DNA of 57,369 nucleotides, filler included, from Sphacelaria rigidula (taxonomy: Eukaryota): the NCBI GenBank assembly GCA_964200075.2. It is 5 parts of 5 records of this genome, joined end to end, with 100 filler letters (N's around TTAATTAATTAA, not from the genome) between each part and the next. Parts side by side here need not be neighbours in the genome. Positions count along the whole stretch, not along the records: positions 22,991 to 34,384 come from CAXNAA020004972.1; positions 34,485 to 45,877 come from CAXNAA020004973.1; 3 more parts are not named here. One strand, 5' to 3'. Shown here piece after piece: positions 24,645 through 37,993 of the stretch. Positions within the stretch are counted from its first letter, which is position 1. Each line of letters begins with the position of its first letter. Under the pieces are notes generated by a model, which did not search any database, was not told the origin of the DNA, and saw only the letters and a list, made by a program, of their open reading frames with translations. Made by a program: the position numbers and the translations under genes.

Positions 24645-24687
24645 GGGTGAGGGTTAGGGTTAGGGTTAGGGTGAGGGTGAGGGTTAG
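24645..24687 (+). repeat. Interstitial telomere-like (TTAGGG/TGAGGG)n
   Basis: About 7 hexamer units. Confidence 0.85.
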
Positions 24688-27443
24688 AGTTAATCAAAGT
24701 AATAAATTTTCGAAAAGGTTCCACGCATACCAAGTGGTAAACTGACCTCGTTGTGTCCGGCTAGTGCACCAAATTCCAGGGTGGTGAGACTGTGTCTCAT
24801 CACAAAAAGTTTGACTAGAACGAATTCGTGAGGCGGAATTGATTCAGATCGTTTTGCTGCGTTGGGGTCCAAGCTTATTTTCACACTTTCGATCGAAAAG
24901 CTCAGTGAAACTCGTCAAGCGTCACTTGTTCACTGACATTCAACATTGACAGCACAGTGCTGTCTGTACTGTCTACACAACAGTGTGTGCCTTTCGTGCA
25001 GTAGGATGTGAAAATGGGGGCAACATGCACAGCACAGACAGCACAGGATTGCCCATACTTTCTACATACAGAAGGATGTGAAAAATATTCGAACAATGTT
25101 CAGTTTTCTGCTGCCTGTACAGTGCTGCCAATGAGCGCGTTCGCAAGTCGATCGTCCACCCGACCATGCAGTTCCGTCCCCAATTCCCGCCATGCACAAA
25201 CATGCTCGAGTTTCGTCAACACACAACAAACATCATACCCAACTATTGTATTGTATCCATCCCTGTGCTCAACTCGTGCTCTACGCTGCTGGGTTGCGGT
25301 GGTAACTGAGAATGAGTTGCGTGGAGTTTGCATGGTCCTATGAACGGGTGGTATCTGACGTGAGGGTCTGCAAGATAGGAGTCACGTGCCCCTTCTTACC
25401 TTCCCTGCGGGTGTTTTCGATCCAAAGAGCTAAGCTCTTTTCAGCCCTTCACCGTGCCCATCGCGCGCAAATAATTGCAAAATAGACTTGAACCCATCTG
25501 AGAGCAAAAATGCCGTGGACATATCAGATACGAGCTAATTACGACCAATTCGATTCCACCGCACGTTTTTGAGTCGAAACGAATTTGATGAGGCCTATTA
25601 CTATCGAAGATATCTTTTTTTGAAGACAAGGTCTCATATTAAGTGGAGCTCCCAACCGCCCATTATCATCGAAATCTGTTGTTGCTGTTGGACATCTCAT
25701 TACGGACACAGTGCTGATCTCGTCATTTGCTTGCCTTCGCCGGCAAAAGGAAAGACAGGGTGATGCTGCCTGCCCGTGTATGGCGTTCATAAGTACGGTG
25801 AAACTCTTCATCGAAACTTCTCTGTGAAACGGGGGGGCAGTCGGAAAGGCGAGCGCATCATCGACCGGCCCTCCCCGAATGCAGCAGCAGCGCACACGAA
25901 TAAAAATGCCAACTGCAGAAAATTCCGTGCAAAGATTACAGTGTACTCGCTTTCTGTCAGTTGTATGCGCCAATACACCCACTGACCACCAGCTTTAGAC
26001 TTTACAGTCGGTGAGGTAGTGAACACCTGTAGCAGTACAGCGGGCAAGCAGGTAGCGACTGCATTGTTTATGCTCTTCACTTCGAAAGTGCTCATGTCCG
26101 CAAACGACGACCCTGTGCTTGACCTCAACAGCTCCACCACCGCTGCCGACGCACACACCGCCAATCGACGGTGCTTTACTCTTCCACATGGCCTAGGGTG
26201 TCACTAGCAAGGTTTCCTGGTGACACGCGCACGCTTGGGAGCGCCACGGCTTGCTCACAGGGCAGCGCTGCGAGGTGTTGTGCTACAGTCCGAAGTGATC
26301 ATATTTCTCCTCACATGAACCTTCGGAGAAAAAATCAAGCCGCTTCATTTTCGGAGAACGCTGAGGTCCGAGTCTGAAGACGCCCAAAATTTCAGGGATC
26401 TCCGAAAAAACAGTGGCGATAACAGTGGGCCTAAGGCCGTGCCTTATAAAAAAAGACCCCGACTCGAACAAGTTCGTGCGGCGGAATTGATTTAGTTCGT
26501 TATGCTATGTTTGGTTCCGAGCGAATGTGCATGCTTTCGATAGCAAAAGCTGAGCGAAGCTCGTGAAGCGGTACTTGCTTACTTGTATTTAGTACAGACA
26601 ACACACACAGCAAAGTGCCGTGCCGTCTCTGCGCAGTACAATGTGTGTTTCGAACAGCATGCAGGTACATGAAAGAACACCGGGAAACGTGAAATGCAGA
26701 GAGTAGAGCTGCTTGTACTCTCTGCATACAGGAAGGTATGAAAAAGATTTGAACCACGTGCAGTGTTGTACTTCCTCTACTGTTATTGGTAGGATTGGGG
26801 GCCCTAACGACCAATAATCGACACAATATTTAAAATAACTGATAACGCGGAGGAATAATGAACACGTCAGTAGGTGGTCGGACCTGTGCGGAGGCCCTCA
26901 CGAACAGAACACATGCTTCGTGACTCATTCACTTGGTCTAGTGTAGGAAACCTGTGGCACTGGAGATCGCTCGGTTCTCGACACAGGAAGCAAACCAGTC
27001 CACGGCACTTGACAGCCCCCCGCATACACGCAAGATCTGGGGGACCTAGTTTGATATTTTGCTGGCGACGCGTCAGCGGCCCGAAAATCCCCCCCCAGAG
27101 CGGGAAACATCTTATTTTACTGCATTTGGGTTATTCGAGTCAGCATCACGATCAAACGCGAAAAACAAACTAGGCGGCGTAGCTTGGGTGTGTGGGAGAC
27201 GCACGCAAGAAACCGCAGTCCAAGCCCCCGCTTCGATGCCGAGTAGTAAGCGTTGCGCGATCGGTACTTTCGGGTTGAGGGTCAGTAGCGTCTTTCGAGG
27301 TCGAAGATGGCAAATTCAAAAAAATCGGTGCGCATACTTCTTTTCCTGCCGCAAGCAAGCTGTGACAACATGAACTTTGGTTGCGTGCCCCCAGGCGTTG
27401 CTTTGTTCTGTGCGGCTGTGCAAAAAGGGCAATTTCGATTCTC

Positions 27444-27822
27444 TGTTCGTGATAGCTGCTGTAGTATCGACTGATTTGCGTAGAATATCTGATTGAACGA
27501 CTTGAGTAACGGAACTGTCGATCTATAAGTTGCTGAGCTACCACATATTTGAGAATTGCGAAGAACGTTCGCGGTCCTTTCTGTTGCTTATGTGGGAGTA
27601 CTCTTTGTGGATACTGTATTAGTCCGAGCATGGTATTTGTGGTGAGGGGAACAACCCGAGGTTTTTGTGGTGCGTAAGAAAGTGCGTTGATCCGAGTTCT
27701 TTTGGTTGTAGATGACATGAGCTCGCCTACCGTGTTCACGTCACTTTCCCGACCCGTCTCTCAGGAACAAGGTCTCAATAATACGATACATTTTTTCTCC
27801 AGAAGTCACGAGTTTACCAACA
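27444..27822 (+). repeat. copia 5' LTR (379 bp)
   Basis: TGTTCGTGATAG...TTTACCAACA; about 9 substitutions and 1 indel versus the 3' LTR by manual count. Confidence 0.96.
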
Positions 27823-27909
27823 CGCTATAGCGCATCGGTCGATTGCTGCTTCGTCCCCCTGGACTGTGCACGAGATTGTCGAGGCAGGCTTGATTAACCT
27901 ACCTCCATC

Positions 27910-30900
27910 ATGGCTGAACTCGGGAGCAAGGATCCTGCGGTTGACCCAGCTGAGGGTAGATCGCAGGAAGTTGGTGAGATATTTTGTTCCATAGAGACAC
28001 AGTTGTCTCAGCTTACGACTCTAGTATCATCGCTAGTTGAGCAACAGGGAGAGGAAGTGGAGTCCTCTGGTTTTGTAGCTGCCGCGCCAGGAGGTGGCGG
28101 GCCAGAGACAAGTATGCATCTTTCTGACGATGCTACTGGTGGATCGCGGGAGGTACGGGCGGCGATGCCCAAGGCTTAGGCGTGTCCAGCATGCAGGTTG
28201 GGAGTAGTAGTCTCGCAGACTGAACCCTCATGTATCTACTGTAATTCGTTACTGGTGGGGCCGCGGGAGGGATGGGCGGCGAGGCCCAAGGCTTAGGCGT
28301 GTCCAGCATGCAGGTTGGGAGTAGTAGTCTTACAGACTCAGGCTTGAACCCTCATGCATCTGCTGTAAATCGTTCCTCTGTTGCTGCAGTAAACTTTGGT
28401 TCAATCGGGACTGTAGGTGGGGCTTTGGGCCAGTCCTTTGTTCCGCCCGCTCCTACTCTGTCGAGTAAGTGGTGAGAAAACGTCGCCAGTGGAAACACAC
28501 TGATTCTTGGGGCTGACATTTCTGACACAGTAGAGAAGTTGGGGTAGGGGTCCTTTCAAAGTTCTCAAAGCTCTTGTTTTTGACGGTAACGACGTGTCGT
28601 CTCCCTCATGGTCGCAGAACTTTCTGTTGAGTGCCCGACACAACAATCTGTATGAGGCGTTTGTTTCTGAGGCTGAGATTCCGATTGCAGACATTGATGT
28701 CGACTTATCACCAACATGATACTGTTGAAATTTCATACAGCCAGTAATCTAGCTGTTCTTGAAGTTTTGTCTGTAGCAAATTAGCGGTGCAACAGCTTCC
28801 GGTTCATGAAGGGCCCCATCAATGACCCTGGGTGCAGTACCGTTTCATGTGGATCCTTGATGGTAGATATCTTCCAAGCTGAGCCGCGTAAGCTCGTAGG
28901 ATACGACAGTGTGCTCCCATTGTTTGTGAGTAGCGTACTGTACTCTCGTAGGTGGAGGAGAAACTGAAGACGCTACGCATGCGTTCGAACGAGAATCCAG
29001 CAAACTTCTTTGCATCCATGAGAGAGACGCTTGGTGTTAAACAAATGGTTGAAGTCAAGAACGATGACAGAGAGGTGTGCAACCTGATGCTTGAGGGACT
29101 GTCGCTCGAATACAAGACTTTCCGTGAAACTCTTGTGTTGTTCTGTCCGAATGACCCATCGTTCATAGAGAGAAGGACTGCCTGGCTCGCGTGATCGCTC
29201 ATCCTACCCAGACCGGGAAATCCGAGGATGCCGAGGATGAGGACGGTGAGAGGTCTAGTTTGGTGTTGCTCTCTCAAACCAGCTTGAACAACTCGAGTGA
29301 TGTGACATGTCTGGTAGCATTTCACGATGCCATGCTGCGTGAGTGCTTGTCCAGTGATGATGCTGTTCGTGAGTTCTCTTCTCTTGTAAGGAAGGATAGG
29401 TGTGTCGATGATTGGTATGCAGACATGGGTACTGCTTTCCACATGACTGATTCTCTTGTATGAAGGATGTAAAGCCTTGCCACAAGAACGAAAACGGGAT
29501 TGGTGGTGTGACTGGTGAGGTAGCACTCTCTGAAACACTGGAGTTGGTGTTTGTGACTGCTGACAGCAAATTTTCCATAGAGCTGGAGAACGTGCTGTAC
29601 TCTCCCAACTTAGGGTATCACCTCTTTTCCCCCAGCGCAGAGTCTGATGGCAAGTCATGGAATGGTCTTGGTGGTCCCGATGGTGTGATGATTGCTTACG
29701 ACGGACATGTTACTTCTCATAACTTCGCTGACATGCTAATTACGACTGCGTATCGTCTGGGAAATAACTCTGTTGGTTCGGTGTTGGCTGCCCTCACTCC
29801 TTCAAACCGCAAGCATGAAAAGAAGATGAATGTGAACGAGTTCCATAACATTTCAGCTCATTCACACGAGGGATTACTTCGTACTACTGCAAAACGACTA
29901 GGTACCGAGTTGACCGGTGACATGCATGCTTGTACGGGATGTTCGATGTCGAAGGCTAACAGGAAAGGAATTGCTCATGAAACTAAACGTAGATCGGATA
30001 AAAAGTTGGGCAGAGTTTTTGTTGACCTGGAGGGGAGGAAGGACGTTGCGTCCGTAGGGGGTAAACACTACTCCATGATTATGAAGAATGATTTCACAAG
30101 GCGTGCATGGATGTATTATTTCCTGAGACGTAAATCAGATGCTGGGAGTGCTTTCCGAAGTTTTCTTGCTAGTGTGCGTGCTGATGGAATCCCATCATTA
30201 GTTGAGCTTGCTAGATCTGACAATGGAGGGGAGTTTTTCGGGGGGGGATTTGCATCCGTGTGAAATGAGCTTTTGATCAAACAAGAGTTCACTCCGGCTT
30301 ACAGTCCCCAATAAAACGGTGTTGCAGAGCGTGGATTGGGATTGATTAAGGAGGTCGCTATGGCGGCTCGTATTCACGCGAAAGTTCTGTTTGGTCATGT
30401 GCAGTTACCTAAGACTAAAGACTCTGGGCTGAGGCAATGCGTTAGGCTTGCGAGGCACTTGACCACACAGCGTGCTCTGCTAATTTTGACTCTAAGTCGC
30501 CGTATGAGATGTGATATGGAGAACCTCGTCATGCTAGACCGTATCCGTTTTTGAAGCCGGCTTACTGCAGGTGGCCGCGACCGTCTAAGCTGCTACCGAA
30601 AGGTGAGAGTTGCTTTTATGTCGGTCCTTCAAGAGACCACCCGCGTGATTGTCATTGAATACTTACGAGGGCTGGGACTATTCAGGAAACGAGAGATGTG
30701 ACGTGGGGGGCGTTGCCGTCACAGCTCCCTCCATCGCAACCTCCTCTGCCGATTGAGATCGCGGAAGAGGGAGAGGAGGAAAGTGACGATGTAGAAGCTG
30801 AAGTGTGGCCGCTTGCAGGAAGGGGAATTCAACACATTTATATTCGTGTGAATCGTGATGCCGTGTTACCCTATGGTGCAGGAATCGACGAGGTTGGCCG

Positions 30901-32976
30901 TGTTGATGCAGGCAGTGTAGGCCAGTCCCCTTCTGTTCCATCTTCCCCGTCTGTACCGTCTTCGCCCGTGACCAACTCCTCTAGTATAGTGGCTGCCTCT
31001 GTGTCTTCTCTAGCACTTGAGATAGACTTGGGGGGGCAGGGAGGGCAGGAGACAGGGGAAGTAGAGACGGCGGATCCGGGAGGGAATGATGAGGTAACGT
31101 CGATTGGGCCGGGAGGGCATGGTGATGTAGAGTCGATTGGGCCGGGAGAGCAGGAAGAAGAGGCGGAGGCACCCCCTCCAGCCGCTCGTCGTCTGCGGCA
31201 TGTCGCTGAGCTTGCTGATTTTAATACTGCTGCGCGTGAGAATGATAAAGTAAGAGAAGGTAGAACTCGTGCGAAAACCCGTGCAGTTAATCAGCAGAGC
31301 GTGTCTGGCCTTGTGACCACCCTAGGACCCATCTCCGCATCAGAGATAATGTACGCACTCATAGCGGAACAGGGAGCAGGTGACGTCGTGGAATTGCCGA
31401 AAGAACTCGTTCAGAATGTTGAGTCAGAGCCTGGTTGGTAGCTGTCAACAAGCCCGGCAATCGAAGCACGCAAAGATTTGGGATGGAGCCGTGTCTGCAG
31501 AAGTTGAAGGCTTGATAAGAGCAGGAACGTTCACGTTGGCAGTAAAGATCCCGGTAGGCTGCAATGTGATTGATGCTAGATGTGTTTTCGAATAGAAAGC
31601 AGACGAAACACGGAAGATCGTGAAGGCCAAGGCTAGGCTTGAAGCGAAGGGCTTCAAGCAGATGGTGTGGACTATCTCGAGACTTTCTCGCCTACTGCAA
31701 ATGCTGCATCGATGCGATTACTAGTAGCGTTGGCGTGCAAGTACAACTTGGAATTGCTCCACAGGGATATTGAGCAAGCGTTTGTTCAGTCGGAATTGGA
31801 TCACGAGGTGTTTATGAAGTTGCCTCCTGGCTGCGGTTTGATGTCAGGAAAGGTTATCCGTTTGAACAAGAATTTGTACGGATTGAAGCAGGCATCTAGA
31901 ACACTTTACAAGAGGCTAGTGTCGGACCCGAAAAGGATTGGTTTCGAGCAGTCTCTGTCTGACCCCTGTATCCTGCGTTTCATGATGGGAGACGAGGTGG
32001 TGGGTATGGTCGCGATTCACGTGGATGACATTCTGTATGCAGGAACCAAGAGTCTTGCCAAGGTGGTAGTGAAATCGCCAGGTGACTCTCTTCCTACGAA
32101 GAATTTGGGTGAAGTCAAGTTCTTTCTTGGTTGCGCATTTATTCGCGACCGCAAGGCTGGCACGACTGAGATTTCTCAAGAAAGTTACATGATGAGTATT
32201 CTCGATAGAATTTATATTTGTCGCGCCAGCTCGATCCCTGCTTCCCTTGCCAACGATATCAGGTCCTTCATGGAGGATAAGGGGGCAGGAGATGTGCCGT
32301 TCCGAGAGGTGGTGGGGAGCCTGTATGGATCGCCAACCAGACAAGGCCCGACATCTCGAATGCTGTGCGGGCGGTGGCGAGACACTCTCACGAGCCAAAG
32401 AAAAGCCACTGGAAGGCAGCCCAGAATATTCTGAATTATCTTCTGGAAACGGCGCATCTAACTGTGAAGTTCAAGCAGGACAGTACGGTAGATGTAGGCA
32501 CGTTGGTGTACGTAGATGCCGACTTTGCAAGCAAGGCCACTGACCGTAGATCAGGTTCGGGAGCGTTGGTTTTTGTGGCTGCCATGCTTGTAGTTTGGAT
32601 TTCTAGGACGCATAAATGCGTTTCACAGTCGACTTCTGAAGCAGAGTATCTTGCGATGGGTGATGGTGTGTAGGAGGCTCTGTTTGTGAATGGAATGCTT
32701 CAGTTCTTGAGGCCTAGTGTGAAGCCTCGTAAGATTGAGATACTTGAGAACAACGAGGGTGCGATTGCCCTTGCAGGAAATCCGCTTAGCTTGTGCAGGA
32801 GTATACACATTGACGTGAGGCACCACTTTCTTAGGAATTTGACCGAGGAGGGTGTGATCGAGATCACGCATGTTCCCAGCGAAGAACAGCATGCGGACAT
32901 CCTCACGGAGGCTCTGCCGAGGGATCATTTTGAAGTTCACCGTGACTGTGCTCTTTGGTTGATAAATGAGAAGTAA
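27910..32976 (+). pseudogene. copia gag-pol pseudogene
   Basis: WYADMGTAFHMT (PR); HSHE..CTGC, VFVDL, RSDNGGEF, NGVAER (INT); YGLKQASR, HVDDIL (RT); YVDADFA, STSEAEY, HIDVRHHF, ADILT (RH); multiple stops and frameshifts. Confidence 0.95.
28168..28370 (+). repeat. Tandem duplication in copia gag leader
   Basis: GCCCAAGGCTTAGGCGTGTCCAGCATGCAGGTTGGGAGTAGTAGTCT at about 28167 and 28284. Confidence 0.9.
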
Positions 32977-33047
32977 AAGTCTGGCTCGTAATTTGGTTTC
33001 GTAATAGATGTATTTGGTCTGGTAGATACAACAGCCCCAAGGGAGGG

Positions 33048-33427
33048 TGTTCGTGATAGCTGCTGTAGTATCGACTGATTTGCGTAGAATATCTGATTGA
33101 ACGACTTGAGTAACGGAACTGTCGATCTTTAAGTTGCTGAGCTACCACATATTTGAGAATTGCGAAGAACGTTCGCGGTCCTTTCTATTGCTTATGTGGG
33201 AGTACTCTTTGTGGATACTGTATTAGTCCCAGCATGGTATTTGTGGTGCGGGGAACAACCCGAGGTTTTTGTGGTGCGTAAGAAAGTGCGTTGATCCGAG
33301 TTTTTTTGGTTGTAGATGACATGAGCTCGCCTACCGTGTTCACGTCACCTTCCCGACCCGTCTCTCGGGACCAAGGTCTCAATAATACAATACATTTTTT
33401 TCTCCAGAAGTCACGAGTTTACCAACA
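33048..33427 (+). repeat. copia 3' LTR (380 bp)
   Basis: Direct repeat of 27444-27822, preceded by the PPT. Confidence 0.96.
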
Positions 33428-34384
33428 CTTTCAACGGCGGGTATCCTTTGAAGTGTCGAATCACAGAGGGAGAGTTGACAGAAGAAGAAAGACAAAGCTG
33501 GCGGCTGCTTCATGTCAGGGCTCCAGTGCAAGGCCAAGGTGTCGAGAGCGATTCTAGTACGAGTATGTGCGATACATCTGCTGGCGACCGCGGTCATGTA
33601 TATCGTAACTGTCTGTATATACTACTAATAGTATCAGAATGAGATGCAAACTATACGATGTTCGACAAGCTTCGTTTTGGGCTGCGTCTTTTTTTCATAC
33701 GGCGAGCAGTGTGTGACGGATGGCATTTCACTCTGTGGCATGCCACCAGGTGCTGCTTCGTTCTGTACGGCTGTGCACAAAGGGCAAATTCGCCCTTCAA
33801 CAGCGAGTATCCTTCATGTATTGAGTCGCAGAGAGCGAGGTCACACATGAACTTCGGCTGTTGCGTCTGAGGGTTTCAGTGGAGAAGCCAAGGCGCGAAG
33901 AGTGATTTTGATTTCAGACTGCGCATCATGTATGCCTAGGTCGGGAGAGCCACGATGTTTCAAGTGACTGCCTGTACATATTGAAAATAGGGAAAATTGA
34001 CGTTGATGAAGATGTTGATCTGGACAGAGAGAGCCAGACCGTGCCCAAGCGACTGAGAAGATGGGATTCCTCCACGGTTAGGACAAATCAACTCGTTAGT
34101 CAACTCAGAGACCATCATTTCAATGAATAGATCGTACTATTCGTACATCATTTGTAATTCATACAGCTTCTTAGCTTGTACGTGGCTCAGTATAACCCGA
34201 AGGTACTCGCTTCATACCTTCCATGACTACCGGGGTAAACAATGGGCACATAGTCAACCCTGCACTGAAAATTTGGATGCATCGATTGTACATGTCACGC
34301 ACTTCTTATCATCATGAGTCGGGAACGTCATGTACAACTTGCTTGACCAACTTGTTGGAGATGAGCGCCCGTACATTTTTCCCA

Positions 34385-34484
34385 NNNNNNNNNNNNNNNN
34401 NNNNNNNNNNNNNNNNNNNNNNNNNNNNTTAATTAATTAANNNNNNNNNNNNNNNNNNNNNNNNNNNNNNNNNNNNNNNNNNNN
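34385..34484. other. Artificial scaffold-concatenation linker
   Basis: Same spacer. Confidence 0.97.
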
Positions 34485-34549
34485 GAGAACACTGTTTTAG
34501 GCTGGAGCCTCATCTCGGGGTTAGACCTCAATTCGCACAATTTGTTGTT
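34485..34549. mobile_element. Right end of an AACA...TGTT foldback element at scaffold edge
   Basis: GAGAACACTGTTTTAGGCTGGAGCCTCAT...TGTT aligns with 38340-38407 and 8855-8923. Confidence 0.6.
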
Positions 34550-37500
34550 AAATGCGTACCTGTGAAGCACCGTTCGTGAACGCATTCGGCGTCTTGGACA
34601 ACATGTTTCATGGTCCTCAATACGCATCATGCTGACCAACTTGGCAAGCACGTATGCGTTTTTACCGTCGCCCTCAATCCGGCGACGTGCGTGGTCAGCA
34701 AGATCGTCCTAGACGGGGACATCGCCATCAAGGCAACGATAACCGCTACTTCATCTCGCAGTACCAACAACCGTTCTATCAGACTAGACCCGCTGACGCT
34801 GCGCCACGTCTAACACAGTCTGACCCGGCTACTTCTCAACCACGCGGCCAGGTACAATCACAAGATGGACGACGCCCACTGATGATTGCACCTGGCCCCA
34901 CGGGCGAACTCTGCCAGGAAGACTCGCACCCACCTAACCCAGATGCTCATCGTACAACTTAACCACTTTCTGGAAACGTTTTTCACACTCCAGCGGTTCC
35001 AAGCAGCAGACACTGGGGTAACACAGGACGAGTGACTACACCCAAATTTCGGGCGCCACCACCTGCCCGTACATTTTCTACTTCTGATGACCGTTCATTC
35101 CTCAATCGTCAGCACAATTCCGCAATCAGGAATCAACGTTCGCCGGTAACTCACCGCCGAAGTACCCAACAATTTTCTTTCGCTCGGCTAGTTCACAGAC
35201 ATTACACACGTGAATCAACGGCGGCCACCGATGGTTTAAACATATGGTGTGGGTTCCCTGGAAATGCTGATACTGCGAAGGATTCCAAGACAGTCAAAGC
35301 CCGTGCACCATTGCATGGCTATCAATTGAGCAGTGACCACACCCAACGTTTTAATCCTTGATTTTATCATCCAGTTTTACATCCACCAGGTACTAATAAT
35401 ATTCAATCGAATCCCTTTTCTTCGGAGGAGAGGAAGTCATGTAGTGCAGCTTCTAACGCATCCGGAGCCGAAATATCTTATGGTACGGTAGACGCTGCCT
35501 CTTCGACCATTCATCGGAGGATACCAAATTCAAAGCCACACACTCAAGCACTCTCCAGCTGCTCGAGTGTCCGACTAACCATCCTGCCTAGTTCCGCAAA
35601 AACTACGGTACCCAGTTCCCTTTTATTTGATGAGCGTAATTATTTCTTCAAGGGTCGCAACCGCAAAGGACCCATGTTTTCCGTCGCTCAGCGGGTTGGA
35701 ATGAAACCCCAAGTGACAGCGGCTCAGGTGGTGCGCCAAGAGCGTGACCTAGGTTCGACTGTCCGAGAACTCATTTCAATAGCCCCTGGAGCCGCCGACC
35801 CTTTCGTGCGCTATACGCGTCACCCTAGGCGGGCTCCTCCAGATGATCATGTAGATAACCCTGAAGTAGCAAGTGCACGTGAACTCCAAGAAAGAGATCG
35901 CGTGTGGGCTCAAACAGATGAAAACCTTAGAATAGAACAGGCCGGTACTCCCCAGATTTCGAACAGATCGTTACTGCTCCCTGACCACCACTCGCGCACT
36001 GCGTTAGAACCCATTTCCAATGAAGCGTCGCCGTCTGTAGGGACAGAGACTTCGCCGACTCATGGGCGTTCGCACCCTAGTCATGAAGACACCCCAATCG
36101 TGTGTTCGTCACCAGGCAGACAAAGTGTTGCGCAAGACGACTCGTCTCCTAACTGACCCACGTTGGCTCCTAAAATGAACGCCGGGTTGAACAGCACAGC
36201 TCTACCAACCCCGCGTCCTGACGAATCGTCTCCAAAACCTCCCATATTGGCCCTAACTTGTGACGGTATTGAGTTGATAGGCGGATCAAACTCAACACCG
36301 CGCCCCGATGAATCGTCTCCCATTCTGACCAAGCTGGATAATATCATTGATCCCGCTTTGCACGATGACGATCCGCCCCCTCTGTTGGCCAATAAGGGTG
36401 AAACACCACACACAAACCAGTTGTCGGGTCCAACCACGACAACTGCCCTTCCCTGACATCGCCCCTCCGTTGCAGTATATGAGATTCAAGCCTCGACTGA
36501 TGAGACCAATATTTCAGGCACAAACACTGACACTCCATGCACGCACCATCCTTCCGACCAAAAATTTGTCCCGCAGGATCATCAATGGGTGTATTTTGAC
36601 ATCTACGTTAAGAACGCAAAGTAGGATGTGTCAGATGTCGTACCCGAATTCGGGCCCGATCCCGTCAGTGGTACCGCAACTATGGATGATGCTTCTTTCA
36701 CGACCAATATAGGTTTACATAGTGGAGCGCGTGCAAAGTGTCATTTGATAGCTCTTGCACTACCAGATTCAGGTTCGCCTCAAACGTTCATTACAGCCAG
36801 CTGCTGGTAACAGATGATCAACGCGGGAGCTGCGTGCGAGCATTGTCTGTCCACCGTGCACCCTCGTGTTTTTGGCCGGTTTGGTTCCTCCACATCCCTT
36901 ACGGTTAATCAGCTCTTCCAGGATACTACTCCCACTGCTCTGTTATCCGTATGGGCACTAATTGTGCCCGACGATTCCATGTCTTTTGATGTTTTGTTGG
37001 GTCGAGATAGTTGGCTTCGTTTTTCCACACACACGTATACGTCGGACACACCTGTCCCGAACCGTCCAGTCACAGGCAAACTGTCACTGGTGGTCACTTC
37101 GACACTGATTCGGGGGCTCATGCCTACGAGGATGATTCCACGCAAACAGGTAATGGTTTCCGTCTGTAACATGTTGGTGAACATGTAGTCTCGCGCTTTC
37201 TCGTGAACCCCAGCTTATCCATGTGAACCTCGTGAGACGCAACGGATCGCCCGCCTTCACAGAGCACTATTTGGTCGAATTGTTCAATCCTGACCAATCA
37301 CAGGTTGGTCCTTTTGAACAGGCCGAAGTATTTGTTCATGAAGGCCGGCAGGCCATTCACCTCACGTCCCCTGCATGTTTCGATATACTCAACGGACAGT
37401 TGTTGGGTTATCCTCAAACGCCTTTCCTACAAACTCCCCTGTCAGATATGTGCCCCCCCTGCGGACAACAACTTGTCAACCAACCCCCCGAAATCCACGG

Positions 37501-37993
37501 GCCCCCTTCCGCTACACATGCCTGACACCGTGGTGGTGACGAACCCACCAGATGCGCCTGAACCCAAACCCCCAACTGCATTACTGGACAAACTTTCCCC
37601 AGAACAACGCGCCACTTTTCAAACGTTGTGGAATGACATCCCCCCTCACTTGCGGCATATTGTTTTTGATCTATCCGGCGATGGTTGGACACCCACTGTA
37701 ATCGATAAATTGAGATCCATCTTGATTATATAATCTGAACGGTTTTCTACTGCACCCTTAGATTCGGGTTGATGTACCACGACACCGTTCAAGATCAAAA
37801 TCCCTGATGGCACTCCACCTGTTGCTATGCGTCCGTACCGTACGAACCCCCTCTTAGCGGATAAGGTCCAAGTAATTCTCGATGGTTACTTATCCACCGG
37901 TTTAATTCGGCACTCGATGTCTCCGTGGGCCTTGCCTTTGGTAGTCGTCCGCAAGAGGAATGGCAAAATCAGACTGACGGTCAGTTATCAACG

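Larger units (their letters stand above)
27444..33427 (+). mobile_element. Full-length decayed Ty1/copia LTR retrotransposon
   Basis: Paired TG...CA LTRs; PPT AAGGGAGGG at 33039-33047; gag-PR-INT-RT-RH order; degenerate 5-bp flanks TTCTC/CTTTC. Confidence 0.96.

Noticed and set aside
36490-36520. CTGATGA core of a hammerhead ribozyme
   Set aside because: No flanking stems or correctly placed GAAA; lies within gypsy coding sequence
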